64,000 nt of DNA from Leucoraja erinacea (lineage: Eukaryota), in assembly GCF_028641065.1 (NCBI RefSeq), contig NC_073411.1, positions 13,578,001-13,642,000 of the forward strand, in the 5' to 3' direction. Of the stretch, positions 11,501 through 24,200 are shown piece by piece. Below the pieces are notes generated by a model. That model was given only the letters and a program-made list of their open reading frames with translations, had not been told where the DNA came from and searched no databases. The position numbers were made by a program, and so were the translations under genes. The stretch's first letter is position 1; the number at the start of each line of letters is the position of its first letter.

Positions 11501-14500
11501 AAGCATCCAGAGAACTGGCCTCCACCTCCCTCTGAGATAGTCTTGGAGATAAAACTTGGAAACCTGTCTTTCAGCCCATCGAGTCCAGGCCGACCATCGA
11601 TCCACCATTCACACTAGTTCTATGTTATCCCACTTTTGGGTCTCGCTTTTGGCACTCAGCCATGATCATATTGAATGGCGGTGCAGGCTCGAAGGGCCGA
11701 ATGGCCTACTCCTGCACCAAACTTCTATGTTTCTATGTTTTGCATCCACACCCTACACACTAGAGGGCAATATACGGAAGCCAATTAATCTGTAAAGCTG
11801 CAAGTCTTTGGGATGAAACCCCAAAGGGAACGTGCAATCGCCACACAGACAACGTCCGAGGTCAGGATCAAACCCGGGTCTGTGGCATCGTGAGGCAGCA
11901 TCTCTACCAGCTGTGCCACTGTGCCACCCTGAAAGTGTACCACTTTGATAGCAAAGAAGTGCCAATCATGACATGCCAGGAGCACTCTACTCTCAAGAGA
12001 GAGCTAGATTGTATCTGGTCAAAGACAGTCACAGTGAGCCTGTAACCAGGTTGCAGACTTGCAGACTTTCCCAAATGCTGACTGATTCCTTTTCTGTCTT
12101 TTATGTCATTTCCATGCCAAGGGACGACAGATGGCACAATGGGCTAAGTGTTCGGCTGGCGACCGGAAGGTAGCCGGTTCGAATCCCGCTTGGAGTGCAT
12201 ACTGTCGTTGTGTCCTTGTGGCAAGACACTTCACCCACCTTTGCCTGTGTGTAAATGTAATGCAATTATGTGAAGCACTTTGGGGTCAATGCAAGTTGAC
12301 TAAAAATGTGTTATATAAATAAGATTATTATTATTATTATTTCTCCTCAGGACAACACATCCCCCAAGCCTTTGGATAATCAGCACTACCTTAAAGCTCA
12401 CTCGCGATGTGGGACTGGGGTCGGTCCCAAGAGATCCACATCCCCGAGCCCAACAAAAGCAGAGGCGTGTGTCGAGGCTCCAGAGGATTCTATCGCAAAT
12501 GTGAGTGAAATATTGGACAGAACTCACAAAGTATTTAAACGTAGGTAGACAGAAATGCTGGAGAAACTCAGCGGGTGAGGCAGCATCTATCTATGGAGCG
12601 AAACGTCACCTATTCCTTCACTCCATAGATGCTGCCTCACCTGCTGAGTTTCTCCAGCATTTCTGTCTATCTTTGATTTTTCCAGCATCTGCAGTTCCTT
12701 CTTAAACATTAAGTATTTAAACATGGTTACACAAAAAAGCTGGAGAAACTCAGCGGGTGCAGCAGCATTTATGGAGCGAAGGAAATAGGCAACGTTTCGG
12801 GCCGAAACCCTTCTTGAGACTCATTTAAACATGACTGTTTCATGCTTCGTTTAGTTTAGTTCAGAGATACAGCACAGAAACAGCCCCTCGTCCCATTGAG
12901 CCCACAATCACCTGTTCACACTAGTTCCAAATTATCCCAATTTTCCATCCACTCCATACACACTAGGGGCTATTGACAGAGAGCAAATTAACCTGCATGT
13001 CTTAGGGATGTGGATGTGTGAGGAAACCTACTCGGCCACAGGGAGAATGTGCATACTCCACACAGACAGCATCCGAGGTCAGGATTGAACTTACGCCCTG
13101 GCACTGTGAGGCAGCAGCTCTACCAGCTGCGCCACTGTGCTGCCCAAATGATCAAACTGAAGCGTTACTCAATCCAAGAACAATATTACCAACTTGCAAA
13201 CTCATTGCCCTGGGAAAGTGTCTGGGAAAGACTTTTGTGGGAATGTCTTGATAATCATAGAGCATAGAACAGTACAGTACAGGAACAGGCCCTTCAGCCC
13301 ACAATGTCTGTGCCGAACATGATCTCAAGACCACGTATATTCCTGCACATAATCCATATCCCTTCATTCCCTGCATATCCATGTGCCTATCTAAATTCTC
13401 TTAATTGCCAGGTACCCTTCACCATGCACATCTTTACACTTTGCCCCCTCACCTTGAAACTATGCCTTAAACCTCTGATATAACCTGTCTGTAAATTTGC
13501 TGTTAATGCAACTAATGAAAGTGAATTTTGTTTCCTGGTGATAATTACTAACTTGCTTGTTTTTTTAATTGCAGGCTCAAGTCACAGGCGTTGCCATAGA
13601 TTTCATCAGGCACAACGCCCAGAATGCAAGGAAAATGCCAGTACGACGCTCCAAATCTCTGCAGTCCCTGACAGACGTGCTGGACAGGAAAGAGAAAGAA
13701 CAGCAGGACTACATCAGCCAGAATAAAGGACAGCTACCGCAGTAGTAAGGAATGCATTATTCATCAATCCTTTTCCTTCACCTCTTCCGCTGCAATTGGG
13801 TGCTATTGGTAGCTTTTATCTCAGAAATTATCCCAGCCTCACTCACCGTAACCTCCTACTCAATCCCCGACACAACCTTCCACATATCCCCATACAGCGC
13901 CAGAGACCTAGGTTCAATCCTGTCTGTACGGAGCTTGTACGTTCTCCCCTTGACCTGTGTGGGTTTTCTCCGGGAGCTCCGGTTTCCTCCCACACTCCAA
14001 AGACATACAGGTTTGTAGGTTAATTGTCTTGGGAAAATTGTACATTGTCCCTAGTGTGTGTTGGATAATGTTAGTGTGCGGGGATCACTGGTCGGCACGG
14101 ACTCGATGGGCCGAAGGGGCTGTTACTGTACTGTGTCTCTAAACTAAACTAACCAAAGATGCCGTGCTCTGCTCTGCCTTGAACGGTCTTGCATTTGATC
14201 ATCCCTGCTTCTGGCGATTCCTTTACATCTTTTCCAGAGCTAAATTTGGCGTTTGCTACCCTGTGAGATCGACCAATGTTGAATCACACATGCCGAGGCC
14301 GACCACGACTGTCCATGACCTCAGGTGGTGAACCCAGAGTCTTTCACCTGTGGCCCTTTGCCCTCTCACCTGTGTCAAGTACGACACAGTACAGCACAGG
14401 AATAGGCTCTTCAGCCCACAATGTCTGTGCTGGACATGATGCCAGAATAAACTCTTCTCTCCTCCACAAGATGCATATCCCTCCATTCCCTGCATATCCA

Positions 14501-16852
14501 CCATCATATCCAAAAGCCTCTTAAATGCCACTATTGATTCTGCCCCCACCACTGCCTTGCCAGTGCATTCCAGGCATCCACCACCTTCTGTGTAAAAACA
14601 AAACTTCCCTGCACATCTCCTTTAAACACTGCATCTCTCACCTTAAAGCTAAGCTCTCTGGTCTATGACATTTCCATCCTGGGAAAAATGTTCTGTCTGC
14701 TTACCCTATATATATATATATATATATACGCCTCTCAAATGTTATAAACTTCTATCAGGTCTCCCCTCAACCTCTAACGTTACAGAGAAAACAATCTAAG
14801 TTTGTCTAAGTAGCTAATACACCCTTCCACCATCACCTCAGCATTGAAATCAACTTATACTGAAGGGTTTCCAAACTTGACCATCTTACAGTCAGGAAGT
14901 TTTTACAACTCAGCTTTGGATTCCCTCACTCACCCACAATTAGCTGCTGATTAATCTTGTTCACTCCATTTGCAATAATGATGGTTACATACCTCGGTCT
15001 TTTAGCAAGGTTTCTAAGTTTGAAAAGTGGAACACGTACAAGGCATGTCCTTTGTTCCAGAGTGACATTGTCAAATTGAATGTTATTTGCTTTTCTTCCT
15101 TTAATTAAAAACTATATTTTCCTTTTTTTCTTCTCTCAGAACATTCAATAAACTTATCGAATAGTGAAAGGCTTGGATAGAGAGGATGTGGAGAGAATGT
15201 TTCCACTAGTGAGGGAGTCTAGAGTCTAGAGGCCGTAACCTCAGAATTAAAGGACGTTGCTTTAGGAAGGAGATGAGGAGGAATTTCTTTTATCAGAGGG
15301 GGGTGAATCTGTGGAATTCTTAGCCAAGTCAATTGATATTTTTAAGGCAAAGATAGATAGATTCTTGATTAGTACGGGTGTCAGGGGTTATGGGGAAAAG
15401 GCAGGAGAATGGGGTTAGGAGGGAGAGATAGTCAGCCATGATTGAATGGCGGAGTAGACTTGATGGGCTGAATGGCCTAATTCTGCTCCTATCACTTATG
15501 GCCTCTCATAAATCCTCTCCGTGTTTCCAGTTTAATTGAACGGCGGAATCAATGGAGGAAAGATGCGGAAGAGCGGCTGAAAAATATCCCTGACCCCAGC
15601 ATGCCTCCAGGTCACACCAGGATGCCAGAGAATGAAAGACTGGAAACACTCAGTTCCCTCCAACAAAGTAAGTTTCTGTGCTCTCCCTGCTGTAGAGGAT
15701 AACATCTCTAGGATGACCCGAAACGTCACCTATTCATTTTATCCAGAGATGCTGTCTGACCCGCTGAGTTACTCCAGCACTCTGTGTCTATCCTCTTATG
15801 AATTATTGACAGGGTAACAGTTTGTGGATAACACTTGCTCCTGTACCAACTCTACATTTGGGTTAAACAAGCATTTCAGTCCAGCTCGCCCCATGCACCG
15901 TGTACAGATCATGCTCGGACAAAGCAGTGCCTAGTGATTGCAAGTTTTAAACAAATAAGTACAGCCATTTTGCATTTCAAAAAGCAAGAGCTGCAGATGC
16001 TGGAAGTCTCAATTAGAAGCAGAACATGGTGATAATATATGGTAGACAAAAGTGCTGGAGAAACTCAGCGGGTGCGGCAGCATCTATGGAGCGAGTTTCA
16101 TAGATGGACCTCCGCTCCGTAGATGCTGCTGCACCCGCTGAGTTTCTCCAGCATTTTTGTCTACCTTTGATTTTCCAGCATCTGCAGTTCCTTAACCATA
16201 TAACCATATAACAATTACAGCACGGAAACAGGCCATCTCGGCCCTACAAGTCCATGCCGAACAAATTTTTTTCCCCTTAGTCCCACCTGCCTGCACTCGT
16301 ACCATAACCCTCCATTCCCTTCTCATCCATATGCCTATCCAATTTATTTTTAAATGATACCAATGAACCTGCCTCCACCACTTCCACTGGAAGCTCATTC
16401 CACACCGCCACCACTCTCTGCGTAAAGAAGTTCCCCCTCATATTACCCCTAAACTTCTGTCCCTTAATTCTGAAGTAATGTCCTCTTGTTTGAACATGGT
16501 GATAATATGCAGCAGGTCAGGCAGTATCAATGGAGAAAACAGACAATATTTTGGGTTAATGACATTTCATCAGAGCCCGTGAACTATTCAAGGTACATGG
16601 GTGATGCAAGTTGAGTGTTTAAAGTATTTATGTTTTAATTAACTTGAACTACCTGCTCACCTTGTTTAATCTGCTTCCTGCCAACCCCTAGCCCAAAAGC
16701 AGCTGATCAAGCAACTGCTGATGTTTCCTGTGCGAGTGGATACGATTGGCATGCAGAATAGACGAGCTGACCTGGAGAAGAAACTGGCAGAGATCGAAGA
16801 GGCCATTAAAATCTTCTCTCGGCCCAAAGTTTTCATCAAAGTTAATGTCTGA
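8437..16852 (+). CDS. ENKD1: Enkurin domain-containing protein 1, 7 coding exons, 1101 nt, 366 aa
   Basis: join(8437..8521,9508..9732,11175..11347,12351..12500,13575..13744,15531..15667,16692..16852). All introns are GT-AG with consistent phases. The translation MSEGPSNISGPIPPDPTLFPDFYRRPISARGRLEGNSLKLD...KEPRDHEKENVRRMREIQ...PDPSMPPGHTRMPENERLETL...EEAIKIFSRPKVFIKVNV* matches the vertebrate ENKD1 N-terminus and C-terminal enkurin domain. Confidence 0.96.
9508..9732 (+). CDS. ENKD1: ENKD1 coding exon 2 (ARGRLEGNSLKLDFL...GVLLQLEGVSLHRQPPPR)
   Basis: Acceptor cccgcag|, donor A|gttagt, phase 1-1. Confidence 0.93.
9850..10332. mobile_element. hAT-superfamily MITE (Tip100-like ends)
   Basis: Termini TTGGGTCGCCAAC / GTTGGCAATCCTA; 8-bp TSD TCAGTCAG at 9842-9849 and 10333-10340; subterminal ACGGGAC repeats; inserted in a Penelope fragment. 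Confidence 0.85.
11175..11347 (+). CDS. ENKD1: ENKD1 coding exon 3 (KKEPRDHEKEN...SKVMARLQ)
   Basis: Acceptor ttcttgctag|, donor CAG|gtaaag; lies within ORF 11168..11398. Confidence 0.95.
12121..12341 (+). mobile_element. tRNA-derived CORE-like SINE with L2-type tail
   Basis: Box A TGGCACAATGG 12132-12142; box B GGTTCGAATCC 12176-12186; gtgtccttgtggcaagacacttcacc core; tgtgaagcactttg tail; (ATT)n end. Confidence 0.75.
12351..12500 (+). CDS. ENKD1: ENKD1 coding exon 4 (DNTSPKPLDNQHYLKAHSRCG...DSIAN)
   Basis: Acceptor ttctcctcag|, donor AAT|gtgagt, phase 0-0. Confidence 0.9.
13575..13744 (+). CDS. ENKD1: ENKD1 coding exon 5 (AQVTGVAIDFIRHNA...KGQLPQY)
   Basis: Acceptor ttaattgcag|, donor TA|gtaagg. 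Confidence 0.93.
15531..15667 (+). CDS. ENKD1: ENKD1 coding exon 6 (LIERRNQWRKDAEERLKNIPDPSMPPGH...)
   Basis: Acceptor gtgtttccag|, donor A|gtaagt; enkurin domain. Confidence 0.95.
16692..16852 (+). CDS. ENKD1: ENKD1 last coding exon (TQKQLIKQLLMFPVRVDT...FSRPKVFIKVNV*)
   Basis: Acceptor aacccctag|, stop TGA at 16850-16852. Confidence 0.95.
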
Positions 16853-17159
16853 GCAGCTCAGAAAGGTAAAATTCAGGTTGCAGCAACATTTCTGTTTCTG
16901 GTTATTGCTTGGAATAATGGTTGTGATGTGAAAGGCTTGGTTGTGATGTGAATGGGGAGAAGAGAGTTGAGGTGTATGAAAACAAATTTGAATCAGTTAC
17001 CAAATACACAGGATACGATGTTAAAAAATCCAAAGTGCCAAATATCAACTTGCTCCCGGTGGTACACGATACAAGATACATTTATTTGTCACATGCGCCA
17101 GTTGGCACAGTGAAATGAGATAACCATACAGCCATACAATAAAAATAAAGAACACAACA

Positions 17160-17780
17160 CAGAGAGTGGTGAATCTGTGGAATTCTCTGCCACAGAGGGT
17201 AGTTGATGCCAGTTCATTGGCTATATTTAAGAGGGAGTTTAGATGTGGCCTTGTGGCTAAGGGGATCAGGGGGTATGGAGAGAAGGCAGGTACGGGATAC
17301 TGAGTTGGATGATCAGCCATACATGATCATATTGAATGGCGGTGCCAGGCTCGAAGGGCCGAAATGGCCTACTCCTGCACCTAATTTCTATGTTTCTATA
17401 GTTAAACACAAAATTCTTAAGGGGTTGGACAGGCTAGATGCAGGAAGATTGTTCCCGATGTTGGGGAAGTCCAGAACAAGGGGTCACAGTTTAAGGATAA
17501 GGGGGAAATCTTTTAGGACCGAGATGAGGAAAACCTTTTTCACACAGAGAGTGGTGGATCTCTGGAATTCTCTGCCGCAGAAGGTAGTTGAGGCCAGTTC
17601 ATTGGCTATATTTAAGAGGGAGTTAGATGTAGCCCTTGTGACTAAAGGGATCAGGGGGGTATGGATAGAAGGCAGGAACAGGATACTGAGTTGGATGATC
17701 AGCCATGATCATATTGAATGGCGGTGCAGGCTCAAAGGGCCGAATGGTCTACTCCTGCACCTATTTTCTATGTTTCTATG
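17160..17780 (+). mobile_element. Two tandem CR1 LINE 3' fragments
   Basis: ORF 17203..17808 contains [56 protein letters not shown], the CR1 ORF2 C-terminus. Confidence 0.9.
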
Positions 17781-18436
17781 TAAACATAAAACATCCCCAC
17801 ACAGCTGAATCAAAGTTTCCCACTGTGAGGGAAGGCACCAAAGTCAGTCTCTTACTCTAATGTTCCCCAATGTTCACTCGTGGTCGGGGCCTCCCCGAGC
17901 CCTCCGAAGTCGCCGCTACGGGCGGCCCGATGTTCAGGCCCGGTGATGGGAGACTTATGCACTCACCTATGCTCCTCCGATGTTGAGAAAGGCTAGGCAG
18001 ACACGTCATTGTGATTATCAAGTGGGCACCTTTTCACTGGTGCAGCGAGCAGATCTGCTTCCTCACAACAGCAGCGACCTGGGATTGATCCTGATCCCAA
18101 TCCCGAGTGTCGTGGAGTTTACATGATCTTCCTGTGACTGTGTGGATTTCTTCCGGTGCTCCGGTTTCCTCCCACTTCACGAAGACACAAAGAAGATTTG
18201 TAAGTTAATTGGCTTGTGTAAACTACCCCTAGAGTTGTTGCAAAAGTGGAATTGTTGTGAATGGGTGATCGATGGTCGGTGTGGATTTGCTGGGCCGATG
18301 GTCCTGTTTCTATGCAGTATCAATCATATTAAATGTAGGGTTTAAGAGGGAACTGCAGATGCTGGAGAATCGAAGGTTACACAAAAAAGCTGGAGAAACT
18401 CAGCGGGTGCAGCAGAATCTATGGAGCGAAGGAAAT

Positions 18437-18471
18437 AGGCAACGTTTCGGGCCGAAACCCTTCTTCAGACT
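18437..18471 (-). ncRNA. Minimal hammerhead ribozyme core in a Penelope-derived repeat
   Basis: GU-CUGAAGA-A-GGGU-UUCG-GCCC-GAAAC-GUU^GC; similar copy at 3406-3440(-). Confidence 0.55.
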
Positions 18472-18759
18472 GGGCATATTAAATGTAGGTGCTGGCTCGA
18501 AGGGCCAAATGGCCTATTCCTGCACCTATTTTTCTATGTTTCTAATTTTCGTAGAAAATTAGAAACATAGAAAAATAGGTGCAGGAATAGGAAATTTAAA
18601 GTAATTTCGTAATTCTACAAAAATTACCTTTTGAAAACTAGTGATGTTGTTCACCTCGGAATTAAATTTAGTTTATGGAAAATTAAACCTATTTTGTAGC
18701 CAAATGAATCATTTGAATCCTCTGAATTATAGTTTTGTTCTTGTTCCTTTACATTGCAG

Positions 18760-18890
18760 GCTTTTAAACAGAGACATTTCTGGACTGCCGGAAACAAGTT
18801 GGAGCTACGGCACACTTTGCTTTCTGAGTCTGTTGGTAATGTTTCTCACAGATCTGTAAATAAACTGACAGAATATTTTTTTATTGTAAT
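18760..18890 (+). other. ENKD1: Probable non-coding terminal exon of ENKD1 with poly(A) signal
   Basis: Donor AAG|gtaaaa at 16866, 13 nt after the stop; strong acceptor ttttgttcttgttcctttacattgcag| ending 18759; AATAAA at 18859-18864. Confidence 0.45.
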
Positions 18891-19135
18891 TAAATGTTCA
18901 TTTTGTGATTCCAATGTTATTAAATTGATCAATTTTTGAAACAACATGTTTTTGTTCTTTGAGACCTATAATAAGAGAAATGTTTGGATCGTCAAAACTT
19001 CCAAGGAGTGGAGAGAATTTTTACCTTGTTTATGTGGCATTCACAGACCATCCTCCTTTCCTTGCAGCCCCCTGACTCAATATCAAATTTCCCAACCTCC
19101 GATAACTTGCATTCTTTGCCTATATCAAAACTGTG

Positions 19136-19433
19136 TGCGGCATGGTGGCGCAGTGGTAGAGTTGCTGTCTTACAGCGCCAGAGACACGGGTTTGATCCCG
19201 ACTACGGGTGCTGTCTGTACGGAGTTTATATTTTCTCCCCGTGACCTGCGTGGGTTTTCTCCGGGTGTTCTGGTTTCCTCCCACATCCCAAAGATGTACA
19301 GGGTTGTAGGTTAATTGGCTTGGCAGAAATGTAAATTGTCCGGTAGAATAGTGTCAATGTGCGGGGATCGCTGGTCAGCGTGGACTCGGTCGGCCGAAGG
19401 GCCTGTTTCCACGCTGTATCCCTAAACTAAACT
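19136..19433 (+). mobile_element. HE1-like V-SINE, full length
   Basis: tRNA-like head (TGGCGCAGTGG ... GGTTTGATCCC), V-domain ggttttctccgggtgttctggtttcctcccaca, CR1-like tail and (CTAAA)n. Confidence 0.85.
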
Positions 19434-20914
19434 GGTCACTTTTTGCTACAAGTCATTATCTGTTATTTTTTTCTCTTTTGTTCCCTCTCCATTAACACAC
19501 GTATTTGCAACTCATCACACTTCTTTATAGCAACAAACAATCAGCCATCCGGGGAAAATAATTGCTGCCGATATTGCTCAACCCACAGGTCCTCCAGCAT
19601 ACTGTTCCACACCTAGTTATCCCCTCTGACTGGCCTCATTAGCAATATATTCCCTTTGCAGAATGTGACCAAACTCTACTGGGCGGCAAAGTGCGAAGTG
19701 GAAACGTTTGTGGCATTGATGCATTGTAAATAAAATGTTAATGTAACAACCTTTAGGTTTGTTATTATATATACAGAAGTGCAGTGAAAATCTTTGTGTT
19801 GCATGCTATCCAAGCAGATCAGATATACCATACATGGATACAATCAGTTCAAAAACAGATACACTAAATAGAGCAAAGGGGAAGATACAGAGTGCAGAAT
19901 ATAGTTCTCAGCGTATATCATTTCTTTTCACAATGTTCCCAATGTCCTAATGAGCTCTAGGGGCTAGTGAAGTCGAGGGATTTGGGGAGAAGGCAGGCAC
20001 GGGTTATTGATACGGGACGATCAGCCATGATCACAATGAATGGCGGTGTTGGCTCGAAGGGCCGAATAGCCTCCTCCTGCATTTATTTTCTATGTTTCTA
20101 TGTCCTCAATGGGATTGAGGTGAAATGGAAAGTACCCTTGCTTATGGAAGGACTGTTCAGAGGTCTGTTAACAGACACTCGCTGAACAGGGATAGGGTTA
20201 GGGAAGGTTTTGAGGGATATGGATCAAAGGCAAGCAAATGGGACCAACTTAGATGGGGCACCTTGGTCGGCTGGGATACTGAGTTGGATGATCAGCCATG
20301 ATCATATTGAATGGCGGTGCAGGCTCGAAGGGCCGAATGGCCTACTCCTGCACCTAATTTCTATGTTTCTATGGCATGGCCGAGTTGGGCTGAAGCCTGT
20401 TAGTGCTGTATTTCTATTGAAGGCACAATGAATGTGACTCTATTTGATGGCACAAATACAACGTCCAGGTTCAGGAATAGCTACTTCCCCACAGCCATCA
20501 GGCTATTAAACCTGGCTCGGACAAAACTCTGATTATTAATAACCCATTTTTTGTTATTTGCACTTTATCAGTTTATTTATTCATGTGTGTATATATTTAT
20601 ATTATGATATATGGACACACTGATCTGTTTTGTAGTAAATGCCTACTATGTTCTGTGTGCTGAAGCAAAGCAAGACGGGACTAGAGATGGAAATTAGCTG
20701 CTGATTAGCTACAATCTCGCATATTTACATGCAAAATGTTAATTAATATGCACTGTCCCTATGAACAAAACATTATTATTATTATTATTATTATTGTCCT
20801 ATATAGGGACACATGACAATAAACTCACTTGAACTTGAACAATGACAGCATTTTCTCTGCATATTTCTGAAATAATGTGCAGTGCTCCCCATGCATGTGG
20901 ACGTGGCATTCCCA

Positions 20915-21260
20915 GACTTTCTATTGGGGTTTCTGCACTATCTCTCTGCAATAAAGCCAATAGATCAACCGTATAAAGAGGTTTATAAATATAGTGTAAG
21001 GCAGGTTGCAGCCAGAGCGGGGGCGCGCGCGCACGGTTTAAATCCCCGGGCGGCGGGGGCGCGCACGCGGCCTAGCGACGCAGCAGAAGCCTGGGCTGAC
21101 ATTGTGACGGCGGCGCCTGCCGGGGACCGGCGGAGACGGGGAAAGGAGGCTGCCGTTCGGGCGGGCCTTGCACCGAGAGCCGCCGCCATGAGCAAGAGGA
21201 AAGCGCCGCAGGAGTCGCTGAACGAGGGGATCACCGACTTCCTGATCGGTAATGGAGGCC
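20915..21260 (+). promoter_or_regulatory. POLB promoter / CpG island
   Basis: CpG-rich 21015-21260; CCAAT at 20957-20961; TATAAA at 20972-20977 and 20984-20989; GC-rich 5' UTR. Confidence 0.65.
21188..21248 (+). CDS. POLB: POLB exon 1 ([20 protein letters not shown])
   Basis: Kozak gccgccATG, donor G|gtaatg. Confidence 0.97.
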
Positions 21261-24200
21261 GGGAGACAGCGCGTTCAATCCCCTTCTCCTCCTCCTGCCC
21301 CTCCCCGCTTTATCCTCCTTAGCAAAAGGCGGCCACCCCTTTCCCCCTCTGCCTCCTCTCACCCTCTTCCTCCTCCGCCTCCCCTTTCCCCCCCTTCTCC
21401 CCCCTTTCACCCCTCCTCCCCCCCCCTCTCCCCCCCTCTTCCCCTCCTCTCACCCCGGGCCCTCTCGGTCCCCCTCCCTCTCCCCTAGCCCCCGTCCCTC
21501 CTCTCCCTCTCTCCCCTTCCCGGCGCTTCTTCTCCCCCCTCCCTCCGCCTTCCTCCCCCCCTTCCTCCTCCTCTCCTCTCTCCCCCCTTCCCCTCCTCTC
21601 CCCCCTCCCCCTTCCTCTTCCTCCCCCCCTTCCTCTCTGGGTATTACCCCCCCTATCCCCCTCCTCTATTCCCCCCCTCCCCTCCTCTATTTTCCCCTCC
21701 TCTCCCCCCTTATTCCCCCTCTCCCCCTTCCCTCCCCCCTTCCCCTCTTCCTTTCTCCTCTCTTCCCCCCCCTCTCTTCCCTCCCCGCCCCTTCCCCTCT
21801 ACCCCCTTTTTCCGCTCCCCCTCTCTTCCCCTCCCCCCTTTAGCCCCCCCCCTTTCCCCCACCTCTCCCCTCCCCTCTCCCCCCCTCCCCCTCTCCTCCC
21901 CCCTTCCTTCCCCCCTCCCCTCTCCCCCCCTCCCCCTCTTCCCCCTTCCCTCGCCCCCCTCCCCCCCCTCCTTCCCCTCCCCCTCCCCTCTTCCCCCCCC
22001 CCCCCCCCTCCCCCTCTCCCCTCCCCTTGCGGCCCTCCCCCCCCTTCCCCTCTTCCCCTCTCCTCTCCCCTCCTTCCCCTCTTCCCCCTCTTCCCCTCTT
22101 CCCCTCTTCCCTCTCTCCCCTCTTCCCCCTCTCCCCTTCCCCTCTCTTCCCCCCCTCCCTCCTCCCCTCCCCCCCCCCTCTTCCCCCCCTTCCCCCTATC
22201 TCCCCTCCCCCCTTCCCCTCTTACCCCCCCCCCTCTTCCTCTTCCCCCCCTCCCCTCGGGATTCTCCCCCCTCCCTCCCCCTTCCCCTCTATTCCCCTCT
22301 CCCCACCCCCCTCCCCCCTCTCCCCCCTTTCCCCTCTCCCCAACCCTCCCTCTCTCCCCCTTCCCCTCCCCCCTCTCGCCCCTCTCCCCCCCCCCCCCCT
22401 CCCCTCTCCCCCTTCTCCCCTCTCCCCCTACCTATTCTCTCTCAACAGTCCCCCACCCCCACTGCCCCTTCTCATCCCAGGGTCAAGTCTCCCCCCCCCC
22501 CTTTGCCACTGGGTAAGTCCCCCTCACCCTGCTCTTTCCTTCCCCATTCCCCCGGCCCCTTCTCTCCCCAAGGGTATAGTTATCCTCACCCCCCACCCTC
22601 CTTCTCCCCGTGGTTATAGTTACCCCCTCTCCCTGGGGTAACTGTGGCCCTCACCCCCCCACTGCCCTCCCTTTGAAACATACCTGGTTGTTTTATTTTG
22701 CAGAACTGGCTAACTTTGAGAGGAATGTGAATCGGGCGATGCACAAGTACAATGCTTACAGGTAATCCTCACTATCAGCAGCATTGACGTCCGTAAGATC
22801 CCAGCTAACAGTTGCATTTCTTCCCAGGGTTCCTGACCTAATCAACAATCACTGTGGTGGAGGAGCTCAGTGGGTCAGGCAGCATCTGTGGAGGGAATGG
22901 ACAGGTGATATTTTGGGTCGGGACCCTGCTTCATACGGATGGAGTGGGGGGGAGGGTAAGCTGGTAAAGAGAGGTAGAGCTGGAGCAAGTGATCGGTGTA
23001 TGCAGTTCAGATGACTTAGGTCAGTGGCTCCTGCTTAATATTGGTCCCCTCAGTAAACCCAGTTCATCACCCCTATCAGGTGGTGCTTCCAATTGGATCC
23101 AGAATGATGTTCTGGACAAGCAAATGAGTTACTCTAGCAATGGTTCCTAATATAAACCACATGATCAGTATACTTCAAACTTTAATTTCACATTTTAATT
23201 GGTTTAGTTTATTTAGTTTTGAGATACAGCGCGGAAACAGGCCCTTCAGCCCACCGAGTCTGCATCAACTAACGATCCCCCGCACATTAGCACTATCCTA
23301 CACACACTAGGGACAATTTACACATATACCAAAGCCAATAACCTACAAACTTGCATGTCTTTGGAGTGCGGGAGGAAACCAAAGATCTCGGAAGAGACCC
23401 ACACAGTCATGGGGAGAACGCACAAACTCCATAGAGACAGCACCTGTAGTCGGGATCGAACCCGGGTCTCCGGCCCTGCAAGCGTTTAAGGCAGCAACTC
23501 TACCGCTGCGCCACCATGCCGCAGTTGTCCCGTGGTTGCCGGGTTGTAAATAGAAATACACTTTCAATCTGAGTTTGTCATCTGTAAATTAGATTCTTAA
23601 TTTGCAGTATACCTGCTTTCTATGCGAGGCTCACATGGAAAGGGAAAATGCGTGTAATACAATTTTACAAAATTATTACTGTATCGAGGCTTTCTATTCT
23701 GCAGAAACAAAGTAGACATTTGGAATGCAAGTTTGTACTTTTTGTTATCTTCTGACAGGAAAGCAGCGTCGGTTATCGCAAAATATCCAACAATAATCAA
23801 GAGTGGTGCAGAAGCTAAAAAACTGGTGAGCATTTCAATACTAAAAAAACATTTTTGTAACGTTTCAAAATGTTGTAAACTTTAGTTATTCTTCCCAATA
23901 TTTGCATCATTTAAAACATCTTAAATGAGTTAAAATGACAAGGTATCCGAGTGGTGTTTTGTGAGATAGAATGCATTAATTTATATTTGCAATACGTTTC
24001 AGGAAGGAGTTGGTGACAGGATTGCTAAGAAGATTGACGAGTTTCTAGCAACAGGAAAGTTGCAAAAGCTGGAAAAGGTACAGCATGGATTATTTATTCA
24101 ATTAATCCTTTCGAGTGTTAATCACCTGTTTAGATTTATTCCAGATTAATGGTACGGGATGATCGAACCAAAGTAAGAAATCTATCAGGCGTGAAAAGAA

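Noticed and set aside
12121-12195. tRNA gene
   Set aside because: A and B boxes are present but followed by a SINE core and LINE tail, and no acceptor stem was seen. The same holds for the HE1 heads.
17203-17808. 201-aa ORF as a host gene
   Set aside because: Chimera of two CR1 3' fragments
20882-21322. 146-aa ORF as an N-terminally extended POLB
   Set aside because: It starts at GTG, and the conserved start with a strong Kozak context is ATG 21188. The rest is promoter/UTR and intron read-through.
22027-22641. 204-aa proline-rich ORF
   Set aside because: Artefact of the C/T tract in POLB intron 1
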